From Eledone cirrhosa (taxonomy: Eukaryota): a DNA stretch of 64,000 bases. Positions 25,976-40,104 of the stretch are shown one piece after another (position 1 is the first letter of the stretch; each line of letters starts with the position of its first letter). The position numbers and the translations under genes are program-made. The notes below the pieces were generated by a model. The model saw nothing but the letters and a program-made list of their open reading frames with translations, was not told the DNA's origin and searched no databases. Location: NCBI GenBank assembly GCA_964016885.1, contig OZ024743.1, positions 180,234,001 to 180,298,000 on the forward strand. The letters run 5' to 3'.

Positions 25976-26884
25976 GACTGTGTTTGGGGGAAGAAACAGC
26001 ACTCCAGCATGTTTATTCTCAAACGTCAATGATGAGAAGGTTGTTGAACGTCGGTCTCTTATTACCAGGATATTTCCTCACTTTAGAGAGAATGCGGGTG
26101 TCGAACAAATCAGGAATTGAAATAATATTGACTCAAGCCTTCTTATAATGTTGCCAGAACACGGTATCTTATTTTTACTTTTGTTCTTAATTTCAGGATC
26201 TAATAATACAGCTGGCTACATAATAGAATTTGCCATGTTACTGCATAGCTAGAGTGTAAGACCATCTTTGGAACCTGGAGATCCCTGTTATGAATGTAGA
26301 TACAATTCACAATTCGGGAAACTTTGCTGCTGCTTCTATATCAGCTAACGCCAATTTTCCATGGCGTTAAGCGACTGAGAGTATAAGACTCCCACCTGGC
26401 TGGGATCATTAGACACTTTTATAAATGTGCTTATGTGTTTAGATGTTTCGGAACAGTGTTGAGGTAAGATTCTCGATAGGTTGAGAATACACAAGGCAAG
26501 AAATTCTCACTCACATTAGACGAAGTGATTAGATGTGGAATTCAACTAAACATCTTCCGACTTTTCCGATTAAGAATAACTCCACATGGCGTATGTTCAA
26601 AACTGGAATATGATTATATATATATATTGTACTACAATTATAGTCACCTAAAATGAGAACAACTTTAAATACATATTATATCTCTTTCACTTACACATCC
26701 TCTTACAGTTCTAAGTAACATCTAATGCGTATATTCAAAATTGTGCTCGGCTTTGTCTATATCAATGATAAATGTCTATGTGAATTTATATGTCTATATT
26801 TTAATGTCTATAGCTATATATACATAAATATCTCTCATTATATATATATATATATATAATGTATATATATATATATATATATTT

Positions 26885-27147
26885 ATATAACGAAGGAAAT
26901 GTGGTAAGGAACCAGGTGGACCATAACGCACCAAAGTACTCAATACTTAGGGGAGTAGAATGGGTAATAGGAACGAGTAGGACCCCGACGGCTGAGCTCA
27001 AGCCGTTTCGACGGCTGATTCTGAACTAAATGAAAATTTTAATCCTGGTATATGAATAGCTATTCATATACCAGAATACAAATTTTCATTTAGTCCAGAA
27101 TTAGCCGTCGAAACGGCTTGAGCTCAGCCGTCGGGGTCCTACTCGTT

Positions 27148-27152
<5 letters not shown>
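26885..27152 (-). mobile_element. PLE pLTR end folded into a 186-bp spacerless palindrome
   Basis: 26967-27059 is inverted relative to 27060-27152; contains the hammerhead 3' half GAAA-CGGCT..AGCCG-TC. Confidence 0.75.
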
Positions 27153-27215
<63 letters not shown>

Positions 27216-27271
27216 GTATTTATATATATATATATAAACAAACACATGACACAATCACAGGGGATAATTAA

Positions 27272-27306
<35 letters not shown>

Positions 27307-27310
<4 letters not shown>

Positions 27311-27945
27311 AAAAAATGAAACGAAATTTCATTTCTCACTCTTAGTACGGTTGTTACTTAAATATAAATATGTATACGTAACATACATATATGTATACAG
27401 ACGTACACTAGTATGTATGTATATATATACATACATGCACACATATACATATGTACGTATGGATTGACCGAACATTTATTATAATGTTCGGTTTGTTTGT
27501 AAACAAACATCCCGAATTAAGCCGTAGTGTTTAGCAACCATCGCTGCCCTTTTGTTCAACACTGACAAAGGAACGATGTACTAGTTTCAAGCTTATTAGC
27601 TATCGTCAGCACCGTATACCTTCCTGCCAGATGATTACAAACAAACCGAGCATTATAATAAATGTTCGGTAAATTCATACGTACATATATATGTGTGTAC
27701 ATGTATGTATATATATACATACTACTATACGTCTGTATACATATATGTATGTACGTATACACACTTATATTTAAGTAACAGCCATACTAAGAGTGAGAAA
27801 TGAAATTTCGTTTCATTTTTTCCATTTATCGTTTTCGGTGCGCCCGGCCGATTAACTCACACGATATGCAAATTAGGCTGCTCAGCCGTTAATATAATGA
27901 AAGTATATACTTTCAGACGTTCAATCATCTGGTAGGAAGGTCTAT
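27307..27945 (-). mobile_element. Very short PLE remnant (possible EN tail + pLTR) with an inverted partial copy
   Basis: 27307-27502 is inverted relative to 27634-27825; 27923-27940 is inverted relative to 27619-27636; contains a hammerhead. Confidence 0.75.
27574..27614 (-). ncRNA. Minimal 41-nt type I hammerhead ribozyme
   Basis: CGGTG-CTGACGA-t-AGCT-aata-AGCT-t-GAAA-CTAG-TA-CATCG; palindromic ACTAGT; GUA triplet. Confidence 0.88.
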
Positions 27946-28204
27946 ATATATATATTAGTTTTGCGAGGTTTTTGATATGAAATCGTGTGTCGAAACAATA
28001 TTGTTATACTTGGGGAGGGACATATTTGTGTAATATTGCCAGAATTAATAACAGAACACACTCACTGTTTGGTTGGTTTTCGCGTCTGTGTCTTTTATAT
28101 CGGTTAATTTAATTTATTCTGTCCTCAGTGTTACCATTGACTGACCAACGGTAAAAATACAGATATAATATAGACACAAACACATATATATAGTCTAACA
28201 AAGT

Positions 28205-31056
28205 TGTAATAATGGTAATAATATTAACGATAGACAGAACAACAACAACAACCACAATAATAATAATAGAAACATTAACGACAGACACAGCAGCAGCGAC
28301 CACAGTAGTAATAACGGTAACAATACGAGTAACAACAACAACAACCACAGTGGTAATAATAGAAATAATACATGTAGCAACATTAATGTTAGTCATATGA
28401 ACAACAACAACAAAAACAAGAAACGTAATAAAAGTAACAACCACAATGGTAGAAATAACAGTAACAACAACAATAACGGTGGAGAAAACAACAACAATAC
28501 ATCTAACAATCACAGCAACAATACATCTAGCAACATAACAATAATAATAATACATCTAGCAACATAACAATAATAATAATAATAATGTTAATGATAGGAA
28601 CAACAACAACCACCATAATAACAATAATAGCAACACACACAACTATGACGATAGATATATTGACAACCCCTTAGAGAAACTATTCTTCAATCCAGCTGAC
28701 AAAACATATAAGATGGGTAATATCTATCCTACGAGGTTACCCTTTAATAAAAGGGTTTGTATACCACAACAAATAGATGCCGAGACAGAGGCACTGTTCA
28801 CCATAGCTAGAAATAAGATTAGACAAATAGTAGACCGGTAACTAAGAGACAAAGCAGACCAGAGGTCCAACAACTTGGGAGGAAACCTGTAGAAGGCTTT
28901 GTTAGCCTCAAGCAGCGCACAAGGGATGGTGAGGAAGTATGTCTACCCACGGATAAGTCTGGTTGGATGTCAATAGACAGAATGCCTAACTACATCAAGG
29001 CTATGCAACCCCACATCACCAACACGAGCGAAATTGAACAGCAAATACATGAGGGTAGAGAGAAAATCCTCAACGCTCACATGATGATGTGGACTGACAT
29101 CCTAAAGCCAAGCAGACACACTGCCAACAACTTCCAGGCGTCTAACAATGGCATACCACCCTTGTATTGGCTCCGCAAAGACCAGAAGACAATCGACGAC
29201 CCGACAACAGGACCACCAACAAGACCTGTATGTGGATCCAATACAGCTAGCAACTACAGGATCTCCTACTTCCTCTCAATGGTTATACGCCCCATAATCA
29301 AGATGTCCCCAGATGTATGTGGCAATACAGAGGACCTCCTCAGCAGAATTAGTGAGTGCAACAAAAACAAAAACCTATCCAACTGCGTAATAGGCAGTAT
29401 GGATGTGGTATCACTGTACCCATCCATTAACATTGATTTTGCTGTGGAAAAATGTGTGGAAATGATCATTGAGCATGAGATGGAGTTCTGCCACGTCGAC
29501 ACAGACAAACTGGGCCTCCTACTTAGACTTACCTATGACACTGACTATCTAGACAGCCATGACCTTAGACGTTTCTGCTCCAGTAGACCCATAAGAGGTA
29601 GACCCCCCACCATAACCTCATTGGCAAAAAATACTCCCATGGAAAGGTGGATTGGGTGGACCAAAGCTATAAGGACCCCCCAAAAACAATGATCAGGTAA
29701 GAAAAATTGTTACACATGCAATAGGGGCTAGTATCAAAACTACCCTAAAGAGCCACATATTCAAATTCAAAATGTGGGATCAGCCATTGGCGTCAGCATA
29801 GCTGGTGACGTTGCCAACCTTTTTATGGTATGGTGGGAAAGGAGACTCAAAAATCTTCTTGATGAGAGCTCCATAGACCTCATCATGTACTCTCGTTACG
29901 TAGACGACATCAATATAGTAATAAGGACATCCCCACAAGAGAGTACTAAAAAGTTTGATTTAGAACGTAGCACAATGGAAAGCATCCAGCAGATAGCTAA
30001 TTCCATACACCAGAGTATAACTGTAATTATCGACTACCCTTCCAAACACCCTAACAATTGACTACCTGTATTAGACACGAACTTTGGACTAACACTATAG
30101 ACGAGAGAGCCCAAATTCTCCACTCACACTACGCTAAACCCATGGCCTCCAAATACCTGATATTCAAAAACTCAGCAATGTCCAGTAGTGCTAGGTTTAA
30201 TATTCTGATCGCAGACTTGGTACGAGTGATGAAGAACGTGTACCGCATGTGCGACCCAACAGAAATGGAAAGACACATCCAACACTTCATCAACCGCATG
30301 CAGTTCTCTGGATACAACCAAAGAGACAGAGTTAGAGTATACGAAGGAGCCACGGATAAGTATAAGACCCTCATAGAACTGGACATGAAAGGAATTTGCC
30401 CATTATACAGGAGCAAATCATGGAATAGCTTAGATAGGACTAGACATAAGATAGGGAAAGCCACCTCATGGTACGACAACCAGATATACCAGAGTGTCAT
30501 GTTTGTGGACGCTACCCCTGGAGTGAAATTAGCTAACCAGTGTAGAAAGGCCCTGAGAAAGACCCACTTAAAATTAAGGTGGTAGAAAAGCCAGGAACCA
30601 CCATAAAATCCCTGATCAGCAAAACCTACCCTTTTAAGAAAACCCACTGTACTAATAGGAAATGTATTATATGTAAAGTAAACCCCCAGATAAACTGTAA
30701 GACTAGAAACGTAGTCTATAGCACAAGATGTACAGAGGGTACTTGCAGAAACATGACAACAACATACATAGGCGAGATAGCTCGTAGCATAGGTGAAAGG
30801 ATAGACCAACACTGGGGGGGGGGGGACTAAAAGGACTAAAAAAACGGTTCAGTACTATACGAACATGTCAGACAACAACACGACAGTAACATAGACAACA
30901 TAGAAATTAAAATAATATCTAAACATAGAAATGACCCAGCAGATAGGCAAATCAGAGAGGCCAGCGAAATAGAACTTCGAAGGCCAAGGCTAAACAGAAA
31001 AAAATGAATGGAATAACAACACCCAAACAAACAATACTGACGTAAGAGAAGTATAA
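28205..31056 (+). pseudogene. Disrupted Naiad-like RT + GIY-YIG ORF
   Basis: ORFs 28967-29692, 29774-30061, 30058-30585 and 30579-30830, separated by frameshifts and stops. Confidence 0.88.
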
Positions 31057-31283
31057 ATAAATAAAAAAGAAATAATTAAATACATACACAAGCACAATAA
31101 CAACAAACACATATAAACACACACTAGTAAACTAAGATAGAATACAATAACCAATACACAGTCACCCAAACACAATAATCACACGTAAATGCATGCGCAG
31201 AGAAGAAGGCAAAAATAAATAAATAAATAAACAGACTAAATAAAGATGGCGTAGGCATACAATACAACAGGAGGAAACATAAT

Positions 31284-31330
31284 AGCACCACTGACGATGT
31301 TGCAGATGTGCAACGAAAGAACTTTTTTAG
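31284..31330 (+). ncRNA. Hammerhead-like motif (Naiad pLTR)
   Basis: CTGACGA 31291-31297, GTTGCA/TGCAAC stem, GAAA 31315-31318; weak stem I. Confidence 0.55.
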
Positions 31331-33320
31331 ACTATAATATGTGTTTGTGTCTATATTATATCTGTATTTTTACCGTTGGTCAGTCAATGGTAACATTGAG
31401 GACCGAATAAATTAAATTAACCGATATAAAAGACACAGAAGCGAAAAACCAACCAAACAGTGAGTGTGTTCTGTTATTATTTCTGGCAATATTATTACAC
31501 AAATATGACCCTCCCCATGAATAACAATATATAATATATGTGTATACGTGTGCATGCATGTGTGTGAGAGTGATTATGTGTACATATATTTATTGCTGTA
31601 TGGCAATATGTGTATGAATTTGTGTATATATGTATATCCAAATATACAGATGGTTGTGTAATAGCATGTAGCAGCTCATGTCTTTCCGTATACAGCTTCA
31701 TGTTCTTTCCAATACATGGAGCTAGATATAAATCTATGTGTATATAGGTATATGCCTATGACTTGCGACGTCGGTTGTATTATTTAAGTGTGTGTATGTA
31801 CAATGTCTGTATTTGTGTATTTTGAATGTCATTTCTCTCTGCAATCAAAAAAGCAATCGACTTGAGGCCAAAACAATACGCAGGTGGTGCATCTCTGAGA
31901 TAAAGGTCATTCTTTCCTTTCTTACTAGTCAATTATCGTTTCAATATTGCTTTTGGCAAAGAATGTAAGCAATACATAGGCTCTCGTAGTAGCATAAAAA
32001 AAATATTTTTTTAATCAAATACGTACTCGAACACGCACGTGCAGATATCTCATGATTTTGCAAACGGACTTTATTTAGACAAGCTGTAGTCCTAGATATA
32101 TTTTTCTAGAGTCAGATTTTAAATAGAGAATTTTGGTGATATAATACCATCATCATTGCAAACACAGTCGAACATTCCTGGCAAAGTCTCTCCACAATTC
32201 ACGATTTTCTATTGCTGCTGGTAACTGCTCTCTACTGAGGTTTGTATCACCTGAGAGATGATCGATGAAGGTACGAACTGGTCTTCCTCTACTGCAATTC
32301 TTCCTCTATAGCTTCTTGCTTATTCCTCTAACATTTTCTTTGTTAAACGTAACCGTCTTTGAACCACTGTAGTTGTTATCTAGTTGCTTGTTTGTAACTT
32401 CCTGCTGACTTCACCAGCATCTCTTCCAGGTCTGAATATAGCAGGTTTTGTCTAGAGAAGGTTAGAGAATGAGATGTAAGTGAAAGAGAAATATAGAGGA
32501 AGATTCGACCCCAGTACAACAGTGACACTTTATTTTATCGAACTCAAATGGATGACCTCTGCAGGATTTTAACACAGAGTGCTGAGAACCGAAACGAATA
32601 CCACAAATGATTCTATCAGACGTTCAAACGACTCTGTCAATCTGCCGCCTTCTATTAAAGGATACTAATGCCTTTTTTTACACAAAATAGGTTATAAAAA
32701 TCAATGAATATTTCGTAACTTGGCGATGATATTATTTATGTTGTCTCATAGCTTAAGACTGTGTTATAACTTCTTACCATTCACACATTTTGCTTGTGAT
32801 TTATTACCACCAAACTCACTAAACTGGACACGATGTGAATTAATGAGCTAAATAATTGCGAAAACAGCGTACACAAAAATTGCTTTAATTTAATATCAGA
32901 TAATATCAAAAATATAATTGCTGTTTTGATTATTTATAATTTGAATATCCAAATTGATTTTGCTAACTCTGAAAATTAATATTCCTAGAAAGAGTTATAC
33001 ATTTTATTTTCAAAGAACCATCAACGACTAATTTGTAGAAGATCGGTGTGTAAGTTGATTTCATATCGATTAACAGGCCTTTTTCTTTTATTCTTTAGAA
33101 ATAATTCTGCACTTTCTAGAGATATTTGCCGTTTTATCTTCACATTAATTTCTTGCTTGTGAATACCAAATTATAAAATATGAAATATATAATAAAAATT
33201 AAAAGAAAATAGATAAGATAAAGTTAAATTACAACATACATTGTCAGATATAAAACAGTGTATATAATATAGGTACTCACACGGGCACTCCGGCAATATC
33301 ACATGCACACATATGTATGA

Positions 33321-33406
<86 letters not shown>

Positions 33407-33613
33407 TCATATATATATATATATGTATATACACACACACACACTCCTCGAAACCCTTCCTATTTAGCAGGAAATATTCGCTACACGCATCCTGCCCTAA
33501 CACAAAGTTATATGATACATATGACTTAATATTCAGTCACGAAATTTTAGCTAGATACAGTAATGCTCTATTCGATTCTTTGAAGTCACCTGTTATAATT
33601 TCATTCAACGACA

Positions 33614-33659
<46 letters not shown>

Positions 33660-34290
33660 TCTCTCTCTCTCTCGCTCGCTCTCTCTCTAAATCTATTCTC
33701 TCACAACCACTATCTCTTTAGAGAACACTTTCTTGTTGTCTTCTTCATCTTTGTCTTCCAGTAAACATGGATGCTGGTAAAGCTACATGCACGTTATCTA
33801 GTGTTTCCTTCTGCCTCTATTTTTTGTTAAAAGACTGTTGTGAGCTCAAATTTACATAACTGTACCAAACGTTCAGGTCTCTTTGTTGTAACAATTAGCG
33901 TATTAATGGCAAGGATGGGGAGGGCTAGTCCAGAGAGAATGCTCTGAGCAGGTCTCATTTACAGTAAATATTATATATATGCTTCATGCCATTCGTGTCT
34001 GCTCACACTTTTCGAAACAGAAATGTCTTTATGAGGAACCTGGAAATCAAGTGCCGTTTGAATTTTGTTGGGGAGTAGGCGTATATATAGTACTAGATTA
34101 CCCGTGACCCACTGGGTCACGTTCGCACAAAAATATTTTTTTAAATCATATTCACTTAAAATTTTTAAATAATCAAAATTTTTAAATAATCAAAATACAT
34201 ACAGACGTATATAATGTAAAATGAAATTGGAAGGCCCATATATATATATGTGTGTGTGTGTCTGTGTGTGTGTGTGTGTGTGTGCGTGTG

Positions 34291-34322
<32 letters not shown>

Positions 34323-34402
34323 CGTGCGCGTGTATATATATATATATGTGTGTGTGTGTCTGTGTGTGTGTGTCTGTGTGTGTGTGTGTGTGTGTGCGTG
34401 TG

Positions 34403-34437
<35 letters not shown>

Positions 34438-34967
34438 CTGCGCGTGTGTGTGCGTGTGTATATATATATATGTGTGTGTGCGTGTGTGTGACCTATATAC
34501 ACTGGTCAAAGACACATATACACACACACATATATAATTTCATTCAACAACACCAACAACTCTCTCTCTCTCTCTTCAATTTCCATTCTCTGTCTCCTTC
34601 TCTTTGTCTCCTTCTCTCTGTCTCCCTCTATGTTTCTCTTTCAATCTACTCTCTCACAATCACTATCTCTTTCTCTCTATCCTTCTCTCTCTGTTTATGA
34701 AGGTACCAGAAAAAAACCCGTATTTCGGGAACTCCTGCTCCGATTTACGCAAAACTTGTTTTATTCCATTTGTATTCCCATTTCAGGAGCAACTTCCATT
34801 CAAAGTATTTTCCCATTATGCACCGTTTTAAATCACAGACAAGCACGCAATCACAGTGTTTAGTAGATTATAGATGTCTCATGCGTGTTTCCTCACCATT
34901 GCTATAACTCTAATATGGTTTCTGTAGGGCATTGTATTAGGTGGTCACTATCATCAATAAAAACAGT

Positions 34968-35165
34968 TCTTCTTCTTCTTCTTATACAACCACATATTCC
35001 TGAGTGTGTCAGGGGGTCAGAGTCCTCAAACACTCCTTCCAGCGTGTCCTGTCAGAAGCAACCATCTCCAACTGATCTAGCTGTATCTCCAAGCATGACC
35101 AGCTAAGCTCATATATGTTATCCATCCATCTTGCTCGAGTGCTACCCTGGGTCTCCTGCAATACA
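34968..35165 (-). mobile_element. RTE-like LINE 3' end with (GAA)n tail
   Basis: RWMDNIYELSWSCLEIQLDQLEMVASDRTRW; homologous to the 49.7 and 51.9 kb copies. Confidence 0.7.
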
Positions 35166-35199
35166 GAAAGCAAACAATAACCCTAGAAAACGTACAGAA

Positions 35200-36020
35200 T
35201 ATTGACCGGAACAAAAATCCAAGTTCAAAATTATAAATATTGGTCTATTATAAAGAATATGAGATTCTAAAGATATAAATAATGAACACGACAATCCAAT
35301 TCAAGAACTAATCATTAACGTATCTGAAGCACAAGATAATTACCACCAAAATTAGAAAAGAAATCAGTCAGAAACACAAAATAGAATAAAATAATGCAAA
35401 CCAGGTCGTGAAAAATTTAATGAAAACACACCACATGATTATCATTGTCAGATGCTGGGAAAATCACATAACAATAATACATGAAATTCCATGCCTCGGC
35501 ATCAAATATTTAACAGAGATTCATAAGATGTTCGCAAAGATATATATCGATATACTGTTGTAGCTAGAAAATACACTTGACTGGATCTCTGATTGAAAAA
35601 CCAGCTTCAGGCGAAACCTAATTATACTGTAAATCCTAAAGCTACAAACCTATTACATGTCTTTATACAGCGTATAATGCCTTAACTGTGATCATATAGC
35701 AGAGAATAAACAAATATGTTTAAAACATCAAACAATGACCTGTTAACAAGAGAGGGGAGGGATGCTGCAACGACTAATATGGCTGTTAAAATTAACTAGT
35801 TATTAACAAAGTCATAGCCAGTGATTGTATGCAGAGAAGGGTGGAATTGGTCATGGCATGAAATGTCTACCAGAAGGTATTATTTTATCAGTGTATCGTG
35901 TAAACATTAGCTATGAATAAGGTATCATAAACCACAAACATATTAAACAAATCATCTTTAAAAGCAAATATTAATTCAAATATAGACACAACAGGAGATC
36001 TTTTAAGAGAACAATGAAGG
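35200..36020 (+). mobile_element. Decayed non-LTR RT relic (R4/Dong-like)
   Basis: YKPITCLYTAYNALT at ~35642; residual LVINKVIASDC; many stops. Confidence 0.55.
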
Positions 36021-36339
36021 CCATCTCAGCTTGCACACGGCAGACGATAATAAAATAGAAAAACTGTTAATAAACCAATAGAAACACAATACAAACATTA
36101 TCTAGTGGTTTATATGAAATTTGATTGACACAACAGGCCAAACTTTACACGAAGAGAGGAACCGTAGAATATATTAAGACAAGAGAATTTTAGAAGACAC
36201 GGACTTAGAAATACTTAAGAATCCACAAATATGAGTATAGAACGCAGAAATAAAAGAGAATGACAGGAAATAATACTCTATACATTAATCAAAATTTATA
36301 ACAGTTAAGTAGATAGATATGTTTCTTCATTAGCCACAG

Positions 36340-37990
36340 GGGCACAAAAGAAGGGGACAAATACAAAGGGGGAAGTTTACATACAATAAAAACGTGTAAA
36401 ATATTATCACAAATGCAATTTAAAAATTAGTCGATTTTCCCCAATAGGGGGAGACATTACATATGGGTAACACATACCCCCGAAAAAAAATGTGCAACCC
36501 TCATCTCCAGGAGTACGAAGAGTTTGTACTCCTTTCCTCTCCTCCTCTTTTTCCTCAACCTACAGGCAGATATAGAGAGAAGGCCCATTCACTCGGGCCA
36601 TTCTCGCCACTTTCACCCACCTTTCATAAAACTTGCTGGGGTACAGCACCTCTCTCTCCATCCTGATTCTTCTTCCAAAGTGGTATTTGAGAAAAAGAAT
36701 CAGTTGTTGGCCGGAGAGAAAGGTGTCTGACCTCAGCCCTTTCAACCTTGTCCACCATACAACCTCTTTAGCCATTGCCATCACACACACGAAAATCGCC
36801 TCTCCTTCGTTTTTGAAGGAGGGTGGCGGTTTGATCATGACAATGGACTCGGTGGTCAACCGGATTGGTCCCACCCGCGACAATAGTCGTTCTACATATC
36901 CCCACAGGTCGGTGACGCCCGGGCAGTGTATGAATGCGTGCGCAACGATTTCTTCGTCTCGCACGCACCTCGGACAGATCTTTTTTGCAGGGTCCCTGCC
37001 CGGGCGCCCATGTCAGTAGAGCTTTATCTCGAACTGGTAGAGCTCCTCTGTAGCACTGCCAGACCAGGGACGTTTGGAATTTGTCCATCGGTCCCGGGCG
37101 GAAGATCCTACCGAACAGACTGGCCAGTTCGTCTTCCTCTACGCCTAGAGTTTCACCGAGCACGTCGTCGCACTTGCTGCGGATCAACCCTCTATAGAAT
37201 GACAAAGTGGAGTCTCCACTGATCGCCGGGACCGCCTGCCAGACGGCTGTGGGCGCCTGAGCACATTCGATGTGCCAGTCGCCCATTTTCTTCGGTCTTT
37301 GCTTGACCCAGGACTGCAGCTGGGTCAGCGAGACGAGTCGTGGGTGGCTCGCCTCACGAACGGGGCCCATACCGGTTGTCCGGTGAGGAATACGTAGTGA
37401 TGCCGCAGCCTGAGCGCGTGTTTGCTCATCGTCAGCCACGGCATCCTCAGGGGCGTTGGCAGCAGATGGATCTTCTCACCAAAGGAACCCGCCTCTTCCA
37501 AAGGAATTGGAAGAGCGCGCGCTCCATTTCGGCGAGCGTTTTGGCTGGACAAGGCACGACGGTCAAGCGGTAGTAGATGGCGGACGCTATAAAAGTGTTT
37601 GCCACCTCCGCTCGACCTTTCAAGGATAGTTTGCACTCGGCCCACTTCTGGGTGAGTGCAAACACCTTAGCCAACACCTCGTTCCAGTTCTTCTCCACCT
37701 GGAGGTCCGGACCAAACCAGACTCCGAGCAGCTTTACTGGTCCTTCCGTCCAGCGTCCGACGACGCCACGATCCGAGTTGCAAACCGATGTACTTGTCCC
37801 GGTTCAGTTTCGCTCCTGTGAAACTTTCGTATACCTTCAGTAAGGTGCCGACTTCCTCGATTTGCGAGGCGCTCGACACCACTACTGCCACGTCGTCGGC
37901 GAAGGCTGACGCCGCTTTCCGCAGTCCCGGTTCCAGAGGGATGCCCTGCAATAGCTCCAACTTCCGCAGTAGTGGCTCGAGAGTCAATAC
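36340..37990 (-). mobile_element. Tx1/L1-clade LINE, 3' part of ORF2 plus 3' UTR
   Basis: LEPLLRKL..SAFADDV, GAKLNRDK, LSLKGRAEVAN, ERALFQFLWK, HAFIHC; frameshifted. Confidence 0.85.
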
Positions 37991-38640
37991 GTACAGTGGT
38001 GGTGGTTGTGTTGTTGCTTTGGGTGTTGGCAGTAATGCCTCTTTTTTTTTTAGTTAACTGAGGACAGTAAGCCTTCAGGTGACCACTGCTTAAACAGTGG
38101 TAACATGAAGGCCGCCTACCCTCAACAGAAATGTTTATGTGTGAAATTACATCCAGAGGCACACGTTGGGGGTATTTTACCTATCCGTTCTGGCCTCATT
38201 TGGACCAGAACTTCCATGCTTGTACCATTGAATGTGCTTCTGGAGGACTTTCCCACCGAAATGATGGTGTCTTCGTCGAAATCGATGAAGCCAGACGTTT
38301 ACATTTGGTGCAATGTTCAACATTTTTATTTTTTGTGTTCTTTTTCCCATATATGTGGGGAAAAAGGTGTAAAGAGGGCACACAATCGGCGATACGGAAT
38401 ATTTTTTTGCTGTCAATTGGTCTTTCAACAACACCAAATGCTTCCAAAAAGTTTCCCTTTTTGGATGAAGGCAATATCCTTCATGGAATTCTTCAGAACC
38501 AGTTCAATATCGTTTTGGGATAATTGAACTGGTTTTTTCGACACATTTGAAACCGTCCTAAAAATTACTGTTTTTCGAACAGTTTCTCTGCGTAACTGTT
38601 GAGGACAAGTGATGCTGAAAGCACCACTCTCACCAAACGT
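37991..38640 (-). mobile_element. Decayed LINE ORF1 (gag-like zinc knuckle) abutting the RT fragment
   Basis: VEGRRPSCYHCLSSGHLKAYCP (CX2CX4HX4C). Confidence 0.7.
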
Positions 38641-38888
38641 TACGTACTATTTTGTATCGCTTAACATTTCCCTAGCATTGGAAATGTCAAGGTATGTGAA
38701 CAGTTCCGTCTTTTGGACGGTTTGAGCAAAAGAAATCTTTTCCTTGTTCGTAGAGTTGTAGATATATAGATAGATAGACATAGAGAGAGAGGTATGTAGA
38801 CAGATAGATAGCAAGATAGATAGATGGATAGATAGTTAGGGAAAGAAAGATAGAGATATGTAGAAAGATAGATAGATAGATATATAGG

Positions 38889-38958
<70 letters not shown>

Positions 38959-39173
38959 CAGAAGGGATATTCAATTTGTTGGTAATTCAACAAATATAAA
39001 TGTTTATAACTGATACAGAACACTCGACAAGTTTTCTGGAGTATAATATTCAATGATAGCATACCAAAGTTTTGGTACCCTTGAAATATATATAATAGAA
39101 TAAATATGGTTTTATAAATATAGTTTCGATTTATTTAATATCATTGTGTATATATATATATATATATATATGG

Positions 39174-40065
<892 letters not shown>

Positions 40066-40104
40066 GCATGGCTACCCCGGGACACTGTGTTGCCACAATA
40101 ATAA

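Larger units (their letters stand above)
27957..31530 (+). mobile_element. Naiad-like PLE copy 2 with inverted 5' pLTR piece (27957-28205)
   Basis: 28013-28205 is inverted relative to 31320-31516; Asn-rich linker, TRLPFNKRVCIP, TDKSG, PPTRPVCG, GSMDVVSLYPSI, YVDD, YIGE. Confidence 0.9.

Noticed and set aside
26197-26463. Plus-strand exon with good AG/GT signals
   Set aside because: Stops in all three frames and no recognisable motif
28046-28136. Second hammerhead in the Naiad pLTR (GGTAACA-CTGAGGA...GAAA..TC-TGTTATT)
   Set aside because: No stem II pairing; the other copies read TTGAGGA, and one has GAGA
28109-28555. Hydrophobic 148-aa membrane-protein-like ORF
   Set aside because: Antisense reading of the AAC/AAT-rich PLE linker
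29690-30061. In-frame TGA codons as possible selenocysteine in the Naiad-like ORF
   Set aside because: TGA 29690 follows a homopolymer frameshift, and TGA 30059 is AGA (Arg) in copy 1; neither aligns to a Cys position
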